A stretch of DNA of 64,000 nt from Bacteroidales bacterium (lineage in GTDB: Bacteria > Bacteroidota > Bacteroidia > Bacteroidales > VadinHA17): the NCBI GenBank assembly GCA_036261265.1, contig DATALC010000059.1, forward strand, positions 11,124-75,123, in the 5' to 3' direction. Position 1 is the first letter of the stretch. The number at the start of each line of letters is the position of its first letter. Position numbers and translations under genes: made by a program. Below are positions 7,669 to 17,420 of this stretch, piece by piece. The notes under the pieces are model-generated. The model saw nothing but the letters and a program-made list of their open reading frames with translations. It had not been told where the DNA came from and did no database searches.

Positions 7669-10600
7669 ATGAACTCATTCAGGGGCAATTTCCGCCTTTT
7701 GAACAATATCACGGGATGGCTGATGTTCGCTGTTTCATCGGGTGTATACCTTCTGACAGTTGAACCTACGGTCAGCTTCTGGGACTGTGGCGAATTCATT
7801 CTTTCAGCATTTAAGCTTCAGGTTGGGCATCCGCCGGGAGCCCCGCTTTTCCTGATGATGGGAAGGGTTGCAACACTTTTTGCAGGAGGTAATCTTTCTC
7901 ATGTTGCCGTAATGATGAATTCATTGTCGGCTCTGTGCAGCGGATTCGCGATAATGTTCCTCTTCTGGACAATTACGCATCTTGTAAGAAAAGTATATTT
8001 TAAGGAAGGAAACAATCCCGATCCTTCAAGGATTCCCGCAATTCTTGCAAGCGGCGTTATTGGCGCATTAACTTATACATTCACAGATACTTTCTGGTTC
8101 TCTGCCGTTGAAGGTGAATTATATGCCTTGTCATCGCTGATAATAGCAATCGTTTTCTGGGCTATGTTGCGCTGGGAGGAAGAAGCCGATGAACCGAATT
8201 CAGGAAGATGGGTCATCCTTGTTGCATTCATAATGGGACTCGGGCTTGGTATTCACAGGCTTAACCTTCTTATTGTACCAATTTTCGTCTTTGTTTATTA
8301 TTTCAAAAAGTATGAAGTGACAACAAAAGGCGTCATAAAAGCCCTTCTGCTTGCTGTTCTGCTTCTCTGGCTACTTGTTTTTGTTATTATGCCCGGCGTT
8401 CCTGCTGTTGCCGGCTGGTTTGAATTATTGTTTGTTAATGTTTTCACACTGCCATATAACAGCGGCCTTCTTTTCTTTGTAGCTGCGCTTGCTGCTGGTC
8501 TCGTATTTGGAATTCGCTATTCAATAAGGAGCGGCAGAGTAATATTGAATTACGTCATTACGGCATTCACTGTCATAATGATAGGATATTCATCCTACGC
8601 GATGATAATGATCCGATCATCTGCAAGACCTCCGATGAATCAGAATGATCCTTCGGATGTTTTCTCGCTTTCATATTATATAAATATGAAGCAATATGGC
8701 ACCTCACCAAAGCTCTTTGGGAATTATTACAGTACACCGAGGACAGGTGGCAGGGAAGCTCTTGCGGGTTATAATAAGGTAGACGGGAAGTACAAACCTT
8801 ATTACCAGTATGTTCCGGAATATGACAGCCAGTACGAGACTGTGTTCCCACGCATGTATAGTACCAGCCCTGATCATATTGAAGCTTACAAATACTGGGG
8901 CAGGATCGACGGTCATAAGATCAGATCTGGTAATCAGACTTTAGAGATACCGACATTCACCGAAAATGTGCGATATTTTTTCAGGTATCAGATCGGATAT
9001 ATGTACATGAGATACTTCATGTGGAATTTTGTCGGAAGGCAGAATGATATCCAGGGCAACGGAAATCCTATCAATGGCAACTGGATCAGCGGCATAAAAT
9101 TCATAGATGAAGCAAGACTCGGGAACCTCAGCAATATTCCGGAAGATCTTAAGTCAAATCCCGGCAGAAATACATATTATTTCCTGCCGTTAATTATTGG
9201 TCTTCTCGGAATGTACTGGCATTACCGTAAAAGCAGGAATGATTTCTGGCTTGTCATGGGATTTTTTATTATGACAGGGATGGCAATTATACTTTATCTC
9301 AACCAGTATCCCAATCAACCAAGGGAGAGAGATTACGCTTACGTCGGATCTTTCTATGCGTTTGCAATCTGGATAGGGTTGGGTTTCATGTTTATCTATG
9401 AACTCCTGAGCCGCTATACAGGAAAAACAATTTCACTTGTTGTAACATTCGTTGTGCTGTTCGCAGCATCGCCACTGCTTATGGGAAGCCAGAACTGGGA
9501 CGATCATGACAGGTCTGACAGGTATACTGCAAGAGACATTGGGGCGAACTATCTGAAATCATGTGCTCCTGATGCTGTTTTATTTACGTATGGAGATAAT
9601 GATTCTTTCCCTGTGTGGTATATACAGGACGTTGAACAAGTGCGACCCGATGTGAGGGTTGCCAATCTGAGCTATATCCAGGCTGGCTGGTATATTGCAA
9701 TGATGAGGCAGAAAGCTTTCGAATCCGATCCATTACCGCTCTCATTGCCTCAGTCAAAATACCGCGAAGGAGAGAGAGAGCAGCTTCCTGTTACAGAAAG
9801 AGTTAAAACCCCCGTTCCGCTTAAGGATCTTGTAACTTTCGCCGGTCAGGATGATCGTAAATATATGATCGATCTTACAGGGGCAGGCGACATGGTGAAT
9901 TATATCCCGACAAACAAGTTCCTTATTGATGTTGATTCAGCAAAAGTTCTTGAAAACGGTACTGTGAAAAGCTATTTCAAAGACAGGATCGTTTCGCCGA
10001 TGATCTGGGAATACACTGAAAATGATGTTCTCAAGGGCGACCTGGCAATAATGGACCTCCTTTCAACAAATCAATGGGACCGGCCTGTTTATTATTCAAC
10101 AACCGTTCCGTCTGACCAGTACAAAGGCCTTGAAAAATACTTTATTCAGGAAGGAATGGCTTACAGGGTTGTACCAATAAATACAGGGAAAAACCCGGAA
10201 GGAGAATTCGGGATCGCAGACCCTGACCTCATGTATGAGAATATGATGACTAAGTTCTCATGGGGGAATGCTGATGATCCAAAAGTATATCTTGATGAAA
10301 ACAACAGGAGGATGTTCAGCAATTTCAGGCGATTATTCGGAGTGCTTGCAAATGATCTCATCACCGCCGGCGATACGACCAAAGCGCTTGAAGCTGCCAG
10401 ACGGGGACTCGAGATTGTACCTGCCGGTAAGATGCCTTACGATTACTTTGTAACTGGTATTGCAAAAGCTTATTTCAGGGCAGGAAAGACTGAAGAGGGC
10501 GAGAAGTTGCTCAACGATGTTATTAATTACGCAAACACTTACCTGGATTATGCTGTCGGTATGGGCAACGATCGTTTTGGAATGGATTACCCGATAGGTA

Positions 10601-10719
10601 TCAACATGCAGGCGCTTCTGGATATTTACAGGATGTCGACTGATCTTGATCTTAAAGATATTTCAACCCGGATAGAACCTGATATAAATAATTATTACGG
10701 AAGGCTTTATTCCAAATAG
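7669..10719 (+). CDS. DUF2723 (TMEM260-like, GT-C-type) polytopic membrane protein
   Basis: 1016 aa. The N-terminal motif is TVEPTVSFWDCGEFILSAFKLQVGHPPGAPLF. There are about 10 or more TM segments and a C-terminal soluble TPR-like region. Confidence 0.75.
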   Translation: MNSFRGNFRLLNNITGWLMFAVSSGVYLLTVEPTVSFWDCGEFILSAFKLQVGHPPGAPLFLMMGRVATLFAGGNLSHVAVMMNSLSALCSGFAIMFLFWTITHLVRKVYFKEGNNPDPSRIPAILASGVIGALTYTFTDTFWFSAVEGELYALSSLIIAIVFWAMLRWEEEADEPNSGRWVILVAFIMGLGLGIHRLNLLIVPIFVFVYYFKKYEVTTKGVIKALLLAVLLLWLLVFVIMPGVPAVAGWFELLFVNVFTLPYNSGLLFFVAALAAGLVFGIRYSIRSGRVILNYVITAFTVIMIGYSSYAMIMIRSSARPPMNQNDPSDVFSLSYYINMKQYGTSPKLFGNYYSTPRTGGREALAGYNKVDGKYKPYYQYVPEYDSQYETVFPRMYSTSPDHIEAYKYWGRIDGHKIRSGNQTLEIPTFTENVRYFFRYQIGYMYMRYFMWNFVGRQNDIQGNGNPINGNWISGIKFIDEARLGNLSNIPEDLKSNPGRNTYYFLPLIIGLLGMYWHYRKSRNDFWLVMGFFIMTGMAIILYLNQYPNQPRERDYAYVGSFYAFAIWIGLGFMFIYELLSRYTGKTISLVVTFVVLFAASPLLMGSQNWDDHDRSDRYTARDIGANYLKSCAPDAVLFTYGDNDSFPVWYIQDVEQVRPDVRVANLSYIQAGWYIAMMRQKAFESDPLPLSLPQSKYREGEREQLPVTERVKTPVPLKDLVTFAGQDDRKYMIDLTGAGDMVNYIPTNKFLIDVDSAKVLENGTVKSYFKDRIVSPMIWEYTENDVLKGDLAIMDLLSTNQWDRPVYYSTTVPSDQYKGLEKYFIQEGMAYRVVPINTGKNPEGEFGIADPDLMYENMMTKFSWGNADDPKVYLDENNRRMFSNFRRLFGVLANDLITAGDTTKALEAARRGLEIVPAGKMPYDYFVTGIAKAYFRAGKTEEGEKLLNDVINYANTYLDYAVGMGNDRFGMDYPIGINMQALLDIYRMSTDLDLKDISTRIEPDINNYYGRLYSK

Positions 10720-10727
10720 TTAACTAT

Positions 10728-11357
10728 ATGCGGCTTTTCAGGCCATTGTCTGTATTTGACAGTCTTTATCCTGAAGCAGTCTTCAGGATAAAGACGACTG
10801 AAAGGCGGCTTCTTCTCACATTTGATGACGGACCTGATCCTGATTCGACGCCATTTATTATTGAGCTGCTGAAACAATCTGGTACTAGGGCTGTTTTTTT
10901 CTGTTCAGGAAATAAAGCTGAACGGCATCCTGAACTGATTTCGGTTCTGAAATTGCACGGACACATAATTGGCAATCATGGCTATTCCCATTTAAACGGC
11001 TGGAGAACTTCAATTTCAGACTATCTGTCTGATACAGCCAGAGCCGATGAATATACTTCATCGGCTCTGTTCAGGCCTCCTTACGGGAGAATTACATTCA
11101 GCCAGTACCATGCTTTGAAAAGTAAATACAGAGTTTTCTTCTGGAGCCTTATGCCGTATGATTTCGATCCTTCTTTCGGAAGCATGAATTCACTGAAGAT
11201 ACTTAAAAGAAAAACGGCACCTGGTTCTATAATAGTGCTTCATGATTCACCTTCATCATGCTCCAGGGATATCCTTGAGGAATATATAGAGTTTGTCATA
11301 TCCCGTGGATTCAGTTTTTCAGAAATTATGCAAGAGCCTCCACTGCTTTCCCCATAA
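10728..11357 (+). CDS. polysaccharide deacetylase (CE4 / NodB homology domain)
   Basis: LLLTFDDGPDP and GNHGYSH metal/catalytic motifs are present, and RPPYG follows. Confidence 0.85.
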   Translation: MRLFRPLSVFDSLYPEAVFRIKTTERRLLLTFDDGPDPDSTPFIIELLKQSGTRAVFFCSGNKAERHPELISVLKLHGHIIGNHGYSHLNGWRTSISDYLSDTARADEYTSSALFRPPYGRITFSQYHALKSKYRVFFWSLMPYDFDPSFGSMNSLKILKRKTAPGSIIVLHDSPSSCSRDILEEYIEFVISRGFSFSEIMQEPPLLSP

Positions 11358-12453
11358 CCCATTCGAAACAGTCGTTTACTTTTTTCATTATTCCGGGATC
11401 ACTGTGAACAGGGAAGGGATTCTCATGGGAATAATCGTATGGGAAGTCAGCCAGAGAAACAATCCTGCCCTCATTGAAGCAATCGAGTGTTTCGATAATT
11501 CCGCCCGGGGGGATGACCCTGTCTTTAAGAAGTGATATTGCTGTTATCCTGTTCCTAAGCTCCCTGAGTATCTTTTCCCTGTAATCCTTCATTTTTTCTA
11601 TGTCGATCATCGATCTGAATGCAAGCCCCAGCCTGTTGATATTAAAAAATCCTGCAATCTGCCCTGTTCCGATAGCGCCCTCAAAATCATAAAGGTAAAA
11701 CCTGAAAACACGATCGAATGCGAGACTGTCCATTATAAGCTTTGAGGTCCCCTGCATCCTGCTGAAAACAGAACCTCCGCAGAATATGAAAAGCTTTGAT
11801 TCCGAAAACAGATTCTGTGGATTGGCCATAAACAGGATTTCAGAAAGAAATGAACCTATTGAATAGCTGAAAACATTAAAATTTCTTGTTGCAGGTATTA
11901 CAGTATGTTCTCCACGTGTTACCGAATCAAGGAGCCGGGTGATGTCACACGCTGTCCTGTAGCCCGAGATGAAAAATCTGCGTGGGTCATCAGAAAGCCT
12001 TTTGCTAAGAGCAACATTTGCAAAGCTTGCCATCTGAATGTTGCCTCCGGCGGCTACTCGTTCACCGAGTTGTAAAGACATTGTTCTTGGATTGCTCCAT
12101 TCTTCAGGCGACCTGTTCATGTGAAATGAGATCGGGAAAAGAATGACATAACTTCCGGTAAACTCTGAAATATAATGAGCCCAGGCAAGATATTTTATCC
12201 AGCTTCTTTCATTAAGGCCATGAAGTAGCAATATTACTTTATTACTGTTTCTGTCGGCTGGTATGAATACAGGATATGAAAAAACCCGATTTTCATTTAT
12301 GCCGGCATCATCTGAGATATAAAAAAAGTCATCCGGTTCTTCGGAAACAAAATCCTGCTTGCAGATCCTTACTCCTGATCCGGGAATTGATACCTCATTC
12401 ATATCATTAGGGAAGACTGTTTTCAGTTGCCTGTATCTTTCAGCATAATCCAT
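11326..12453 (-). CDS. alpha/beta-hydrolase-fold-like protein of unknown function
   Basis: 375 aa. It has VILLLHGLNERSW and a nucleophile-elbow-like FSYSIGSF. No specific family was recognised. Confidence 0.5.
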   Translation of the reverse strand: MDYAERYRQLKTVFPNDMNEVSIPGSGVRICKQDFVSEEPDDFFYISDDAGINENRVFSYPVFIPADRNSNKVILLLHGLNERSWIKYLAWAHYISEFTGSYVILFPISFHMNRSPEEWSNPRTMSLQLGERVAAGGNIQMASFANVALSKRLSDDPRRFFISGYRTACDITRLLDSVTRGEHTVIPATRNFNVFSYSIGSFLSEILFMANPQNLFSESKLFIFCGGSVFSRMQGTSKLIMDSLAFDRVFRFYLYDFEGAIGTGQIAGFFNINRLGLAFRSMIDIEKMKDYREKILRELRNRITAISLLKDRVIPPGGIIETLDCFNEGRIVSLADFPYDYSHENPFPVHSDPGIMKKVNDCFEWVMGKAVEALA

Positions 12454-12628
12454 CCGTCATATTTTAAAATGCAAATGAAAAGCACCTCAGACAAACCCGC
12501 AAAATTTTGTGTCTGGGCTGGACTAGGTGTGATTAAAAGTGATTTTAAGGGATAAAAATCCCGTATCTGTGACGAAATTCAGGTCGATCGTAATCTCATT
12601 TAATTGATAATGCTGTCAGGAAAAAGAC

Positions 12629-12636
12629 TAATTTTG
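12629..12636 (+). promoter_or_regulatory. candidate -7 promoter box (TAnnTTTG) for the LytTR gene
   Basis: TAATTTTG lies 20 nt upstream of the ATG at 12656. This is a pattern match only. Confidence 0.3.
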
Positions 12637-12655
12637 CTGTATCTGAAATGATCCG

Positions 12656-13525
12656 ATGATAAAATTCGATCAGCCCTTGCCTTCATATCATAATGTAAAG
12701 CAGAACATTCTGCGGCTGATTCTTTTTACATCGGTTTTTGCGCTCATTTTTATTAATATTTACGCTCCTTTCGGCGCCGACAGGTGGTTCAACGTAACAC
12801 GACTTCGTTTTTTTACGTTTTCAAGCCTGACAATTCTTACAGGTGTTCTGATTGTTGTGATAAGCAGGATCGGCATGTACAATTACTGCAGGAGAATGCC
12901 TTTGCTTGTCTGGCAGTTCCTGATCTGGATCTTTGCTGAAATAGCTCTGATGTCGTTGTTCTATTCACTTTTTGAAAAATATGTCCTTGATGACTCAAGG
13001 GAATTTCCCGGGATATTCAAAATTTCATTAAAAAATACTGCACTTGTCCTTTTGCTTCCTTATGCTATCTCGTGGTTATGGCTCGCCTGGCAGGATAAGA
13101 AGGATCAGCTTGCAAAGCTGAAGGACGAACCCGAAAAGGATGGTTCACAGAAAGACATGATAGCTTTCTATGATGATAAGGGAATCCTTAAGTTTTCAGT
13201 TAAAAGGGAAAATCTTCTATACCTCGAATCTGCTGAGAACTATGTGAATGTATGTTATCTCAATAAAGACAAGATCTCAAAGTACATGCTCAGGGATACA
13301 CTCAAGAAGGTGGAGGAGACTTTCGCAGGTAGTGATATAGTGAGGTGTCACAGGTGTTACATTGTGAATTTCGACAAAGTAAAAGTTATCAGGAGGGATA
13401 AGGATGGATTGAAACTCGAGCTCGATGTTCCTTCTGCAACAGATATACCGGTTTCAAAAACCTATGTCAGCTCGGTTATGCAGACTTTTTCAAGGTACTG
13501 TAAAACAGGAGATGTTTCTAACTGA
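12656..13525 (+). CDS. membrane-anchored LytTR-domain DNA-binding protein
   Basis: It has 4 N-terminal TM helices. The C-terminal LytTR pattern is YLESAENYVNVCY...IVRCHRCYIVNFDKV. Confidence 0.8.
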   Translation: MIKFDQPLPSYHNVKQNILRLILFTSVFALIFINIYAPFGADRWFNVTRLRFFTFSSLTILTGVLIVVISRIGMYNYCRRMPLLVWQFLIWIFAEIALMSLFYSLFEKYVLDDSREFPGIFKISLKNTALVLLLPYAISWLWLAWQDKKDQLAKLKDEPEKDGSQKDMIAFYDDKGILKFSVKRENLLYLESAENYVNVCYLNKDKISKYMLRDTLKKVEETFAGSDIVRCHRCYIVNFDKVKVIRRDKDGLKLELDVPSATDIPVSKTYVSSVMQTFSRYCKTGDVSN

Positions 13526-13573
13526 CTCTTTGTAAATAATCCGGAATGAAATCTTACTTTTGGGCCATAAAAA

Positions 13574-14857
13574 ATGCCCAAAATGAATATTCTTATTCTT
13601 GGTTCGGGCGGTAGGGAGCATGCCCTTGCCTGGAAACTCGTTCAGAGCCCAAAAATTGACAGGTTGTTTATCGGTCCGGGGAATGCCGGAACAAACTCAA
13701 TTGGGACGAACCTTCCAATCGATCCCGAAAACTTCGGTGAAGTGAAGAAATCAGTTCTTGAAAACCGGATAGGAATGGTTATTGTCGGCCCTGAGGCTCC
13801 TCTTGTGAAGGGCATTCACGATTTTTTCCTTAATGATGATGAACTTAAAAGCATACCTGTTATCGGTCCGGATAAAGAAGCAGCACAGCTTGAGGGAAGC
13901 AAGGATTTTGCCAAGGCGTTCCTTACACGACATGGAATACCGACAGCCTCTTACAGGAGCTTTGATCTCACAAATGCAGATGAAGCCCCTGGTTTTCTGA
14001 AGACATTAAAGCCTCCTTATGTAATTAAAGCCGATGGACTTGCAGCCGGCAAAGGAGTATTAATAATAAATGATTTTAATGAAACTTTGAGCGAAATTAA
14101 TTCAATTCTTAATGGGAAGTTCGGATCGGCAGGGAGCAAAGTCGTTGTTGAGGAGTACCTTAAAGGTATTGAATTATCAGTTTTCATTGTAACCGATGGC
14201 AAATCATACAAACTTCTCCCGGAGGCCAAGGATTATAAAAGGATAGGAGAAGGAGATTCCGGCCTGAATACCGGCGGGATGGGCGCCGTTTCACCTGTGC
14301 CGTTTGCAGGCAAGGAATTTATTGAAAAAGTAAAGGAAAGAATTATCGAGCCAACAATCAACGGCCTTGCAAATGATAAGATAATCTACAAGGGTTTCAT
14401 CTTTTTCGGACTTATGAATGTAGATGGTGATCCTTATGTAATAGAATACAATGCCAGGTTGGGTGATCCGGAGACAGAGGCCATTATGCCGCGCATCAGA
14501 TCCGATTTTTTCGACCTTATGCAGGGAGTTGCAGATGGAAATCTCGACAGTATGAATCTTGATATTGATGATGAATATGTCGGCACAGTAATGCTTGTAT
14601 CCGGAGGCTATCCGGGAAATTATGAAAAAGGAATGATAATTTCAGGACTGGAAAATGTAAGCGGAAGTGTTGTCTTTCATGCAGGAACCAAAATCAGGGA
14701 GGGGAAAGCTGTAACATCCGGGGGAAGAGTTCTTGCAATCAGCTCAAAAGGAAAAACAATGGAAGCCGCTCTTCAGTTATCCTATTTTAATGTTTGTAAG
14801 ATCAGTTTTGATGGTGTGTATTACCGTAAGGATATTGGTTTTGATCTGAAAAAATAA
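13574..14857 (+). CDS. purD: phosphoribosylamine--glycine ligase
   Basis: 427 aa. ILILGSGGREHALAWKL, an ATP-grasp core and the GDPETE motif are present. Confidence 0.95.
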   Translation: MPKMNILILGSGGREHALAWKLVQSPKIDRLFIGPGNAGTNSIGTNLPIDPENFGEVKKSVLENRIGMVIVGPEAPLVKGIHDFFLNDDELKSIPVIGPDKEAAQLEGSKDFAKAFLTRHGIPTASYRSFDLTNADEAPGFLKTLKPPYVIKADGLAAGKGVLIINDFNETLSEINSILNGKFGSAGSKVVVEEYLKGIELSVFIVTDGKSYKLLPEAKDYKRIGEGDSGLNTGGMGAVSPVPFAGKEFIEKVKERIIEPTINGLANDKIIYKGFIFFGLMNVDGDPYVIEYNARLGDPETEAIMPRIRSDFFDLMQGVADGNLDSMNLDIDDEYVGTVMLVSGGYPGNYEKGMIISGLENVSGSVVFHAGTKIREGKAVTSGGRVLAISSKGKTMEAALQLSYFNVCKISFDGVYYRKDIGFDLKK

Positions 14858-15861
14858 TGCTTTTAAGACAGTTTAAACGAACAGGCCCGTTCACAATATT
14901 TCTGATTGTTGTAGTCATGCTGTTTCTGTGGTCAGGCAGTGTGATAGATGCAAAAGACAGGTTTTCATTGTATTTTGATATTGACCCGATGCCTCTATAT
15001 GGTATTGTATCCTCAATAATCGGAACACACCCGGTTCCCGGGATATTATTTACTATGGCGCTTGTATGCCTGATGGCGTTCATGATGGTTAACCTGAATA
15101 CGATCCTGTTCTTTATTCATGAAAGAACCTTCCTCCCGGCCCTCTTTTATATTCTGATAATCGCTTTATTCCCTCAATATCAGTTGATGAATCCTTCAGT
15201 ATTCGGATCTGTATTCCTGATGTTTGCAATCAGGAGGATAATGGAATCATACAGGATACAGGGTGTTGCATATAATTTCTTTGATGCTGGACTCCTTATT
15301 GGTATCGGAAGCCTTTTTTATGCCAATCTTATCTGGTTCGGTATAATAATGATTGCAGGAATAATTCTCCTGAGGACCTTTAATACTAAGGAGTTATTAT
15401 TATCTATAACAGGATTATTAACACCTTTCGTTCTGACAACAGGTATCTATTATGTCATTGGCAATGATCCGGCAGATCTTATTAGGATCCTCGATTATAA
15501 TATATTTGGAAGGAAAGCTGGATTCACATACACTCCTTTTAATATAGGCTCACTCGTATTTACCGGTGTGCTTCTGCTTGGCGCTTCCTTACACCTGTTC
15601 ATGAATATAGGATCCAAAAAAATTCAGGCCAGAAAGACTTTCTCATTACTGATTTGGATTCTGGTTACTTCAATTCTGGTGTGGCTCCTGATATCTTCCG
15701 CTTCAGTTGAGATGATGTGGATCACAGCTATTCCTCTCAGCTATTTCCTGTCACATTACTTTGTTTTCCTTAAGAAAAAACTGATGCCGGAAATTCTTTT
15801 CTCGCTATTTTTCCTGATGATTATTTATATCCAGTCAATGTATTTATGGTATCTGAAATAA
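14857..15861 (+). CDS. polytopic integral membrane protein of unknown function
   Basis: 334 aa with about 9 hydrophobic segments. Its start overlaps the purD stop (TAATG). Confidence 0.6.
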   Translation: MLLRQFKRTGPFTIFLIVVVMLFLWSGSVIDAKDRFSLYFDIDPMPLYGIVSSIIGTHPVPGILFTMALVCLMAFMMVNLNTILFFIHERTFLPALFYILIIALFPQYQLMNPSVFGSVFLMFAIRRIMESYRIQGVAYNFFDAGLLIGIGSLFYANLIWFGIIMIAGIILLRTFNTKELLLSITGLLTPFVLTTGIYYVIGNDPADLIRILDYNIFGRKAGFTYTPFNIGSLVFTGVLLLGASLHLFMNIGSKKIQARKTFSLLIWILVTSILVWLLISSASVEMMWITAIPLSYFLSHYFVFLKKKLMPEILFSLFFLMIIYIQSMYLWYLK

Positions 15862-15866
15862 GATAG

Positions 15867-16301
15867 CTATCTTATCATTGATACCACTCCGACACCCGAA
15901 CCCTGCTGTCCGTTTTCGAAATCGAAGCAAATCTGGTAAACGCCGCTTTTATTACAGGTGAAATCGATATATGGGAATATTTTGCCTGTGTTCTTATCGA
16001 ATGAAGAAAGAACCTGTTTATTAGCTTCATCCCTGATAATAAGTATAAGTTTGCCCTGGGAGTTGTCAGCATTGCACATTGAGAACCTGTATCTTGTATT
16101 TTTCCACAGCGACATTTTTGCCTTGAAGCGTGTATCTGTACTGTTTTCTGCCTTGCCAAGCTGTACTCTGAAGTCTTTCAGATATTTGGCATCTGATCCG
16201 GCATTCATAACACACTGACTGACAAGAGGATCGCCGGTCTGTCCGTATGTAAGGACTGTACCGCCCAGCAGAAGGAGGAAAGCGATTGCAATGTTTTTCA
16301 T
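15867..16301 (-). CDS. small secreted hypothetical protein
   Basis: 144 aa with signal peptide MKNIAIAFLLLLGGTVLTYGQ and 4 Cys. It starts 1 nt after the upstream lipoprotein gene ends. Confidence 0.55.
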   Translation of the reverse strand: MKNIAIAFLLLLGGTVLTYGQTGDPLVSQCVMNAGSDAKYLKDFRVQLGKAENSTDTRFKAKMSLWKNTRYRFSMCNADNSQGKLILIIRDEANKQVLSSFDKNTGKIFPYIDFTCNKSGVYQICFDFENGQQGSGVGVVSMIR

Positions 16302-16302
16302 A

Positions 16303-17214
16303 CTAATTATTTAAAATCAGCCGGTTTCGGATTTCTTTTGTGATATCAATTATTTCTTCAAGCTGTTCCGGGGTCATTTCAACTTCACTCTTCTCAGTCT
16401 GGACAATCTCCATCCTGCCCTCTTTTTCAATGCTTATCGGATCACCCTGCGTATAAGTGATTTTAACATCACGGTATTTCTCCCGTATATTGTAAAGATC
16501 TTCACACAACGCTTTAAACTCATTATCCCTGCTACAATACGGGCTGAGAAGAAGGATGAGATCATTGAGAATTATTTTCTGCTCGCCAATTCTGTCACTC
16601 AGAACATCGTCGGGATACTGATCGGCGACCTGTGTTGCAAAATACTGGCTTTCAAGCCATACGCCGATAATCATCAGGGCCGACAGCTGACCCCTGTTAT
16701 CTGAACGGAGGTAGTTATCTATTTTACTATACGAGTCAATTGATATAAAAAGCAATGAATCGAGGTCAGACTTATTCTGTGATAATCTTTTTAAAAGTTC
16801 AAAATCGAAGAATTGACCTACTTTCAGATCTTCAGCAAGCTGCCTTATTGAAGAAAGGATATCAAGTGAAGATCCGGTCTTTTCGTACATGTTTAAATAT
16901 CCAAGGTCGGCGCCAAGTATGCCAAGCTTCACAGCTTTATCAAAATTGGTGCTTTGTTTCTTTGCATCAATTGAAGATGCAAGATAGTCCTGCGAAAAAG
17001 GTACTTCGAGAGATTGCAGGAGGTTTGCGATTTCAGCAGGTGATGAAATATTCCTCGAAATATCCGCAATTGCTTCGGGACTCAGCTTTTCAGCCTCGGC
17101 AAGCGGAATTGAATCGGCTTCAGGAAACACAAATTCACCTGTTTTGTTTGATCCGTTCCTGCATGAGCTGAAGGACAGCAGGAGTAATAAAGAGAATAAT
17201 ATAGTTCCTTTCAT
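16303..17214 (-). CDS. hypothetical lipoprotein
   Basis: 303 aa. The lipobox-like signal is LLLLLSFSSC, and the body is helical and acidic. Confidence 0.6.
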   Translation of the reverse strand: MKGTILFSLLLLLSFSSCRNGSNKTGEFVFPEADSIPLAEAEKLSPEAIADISRNISSPAEIANLLQSLEVPFSQDYLASSIDAKKQSTNFDKAVKLGILGADLGYLNMYEKTGSSLDILSSIRQLAEDLKVGQFFDFELLKRLSQNKSDLDSLLFISIDSYSKIDNYLRSDNRGQLSALMIIGVWLESQYFATQVADQYPDDVLSDRIGEQKIILNDLILLLSPYCSRDNEFKALCEDLYNIREKYRDVKITYTQGDPISIEKEGRMEIVQTEKSEVEMTPEQLEEIIDITKEIRNRLILNN

Positions 17215-17420
17215 TCAGGATTCAGGTCTCGGTTAGACACAAAAATATAAAATCAGATGGCAATTTAGCAAAATATTTATTTTATGCAGGAAACAGTTCA
17301 GACAAATTTAAGAAATGAACATCCTGAACACACTTCTTGAGATTCAGAACGATATCAGTTACAAATAATGATAAATTGAAGTATTTTGTTATTGTTATAA
17401 CAACTGGGACCCGGGGATAT

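Noticed and set aside
11326-11357. 32-nt overlap of the 3' ends of convergent genes (the deacetylase and the alpha/beta-hydrolase-like gene)
   Set aside because: This is a plausible genuine tail-to-tail overlap with no extra signal. It is noted but is not evidence of anything unusual by itself.
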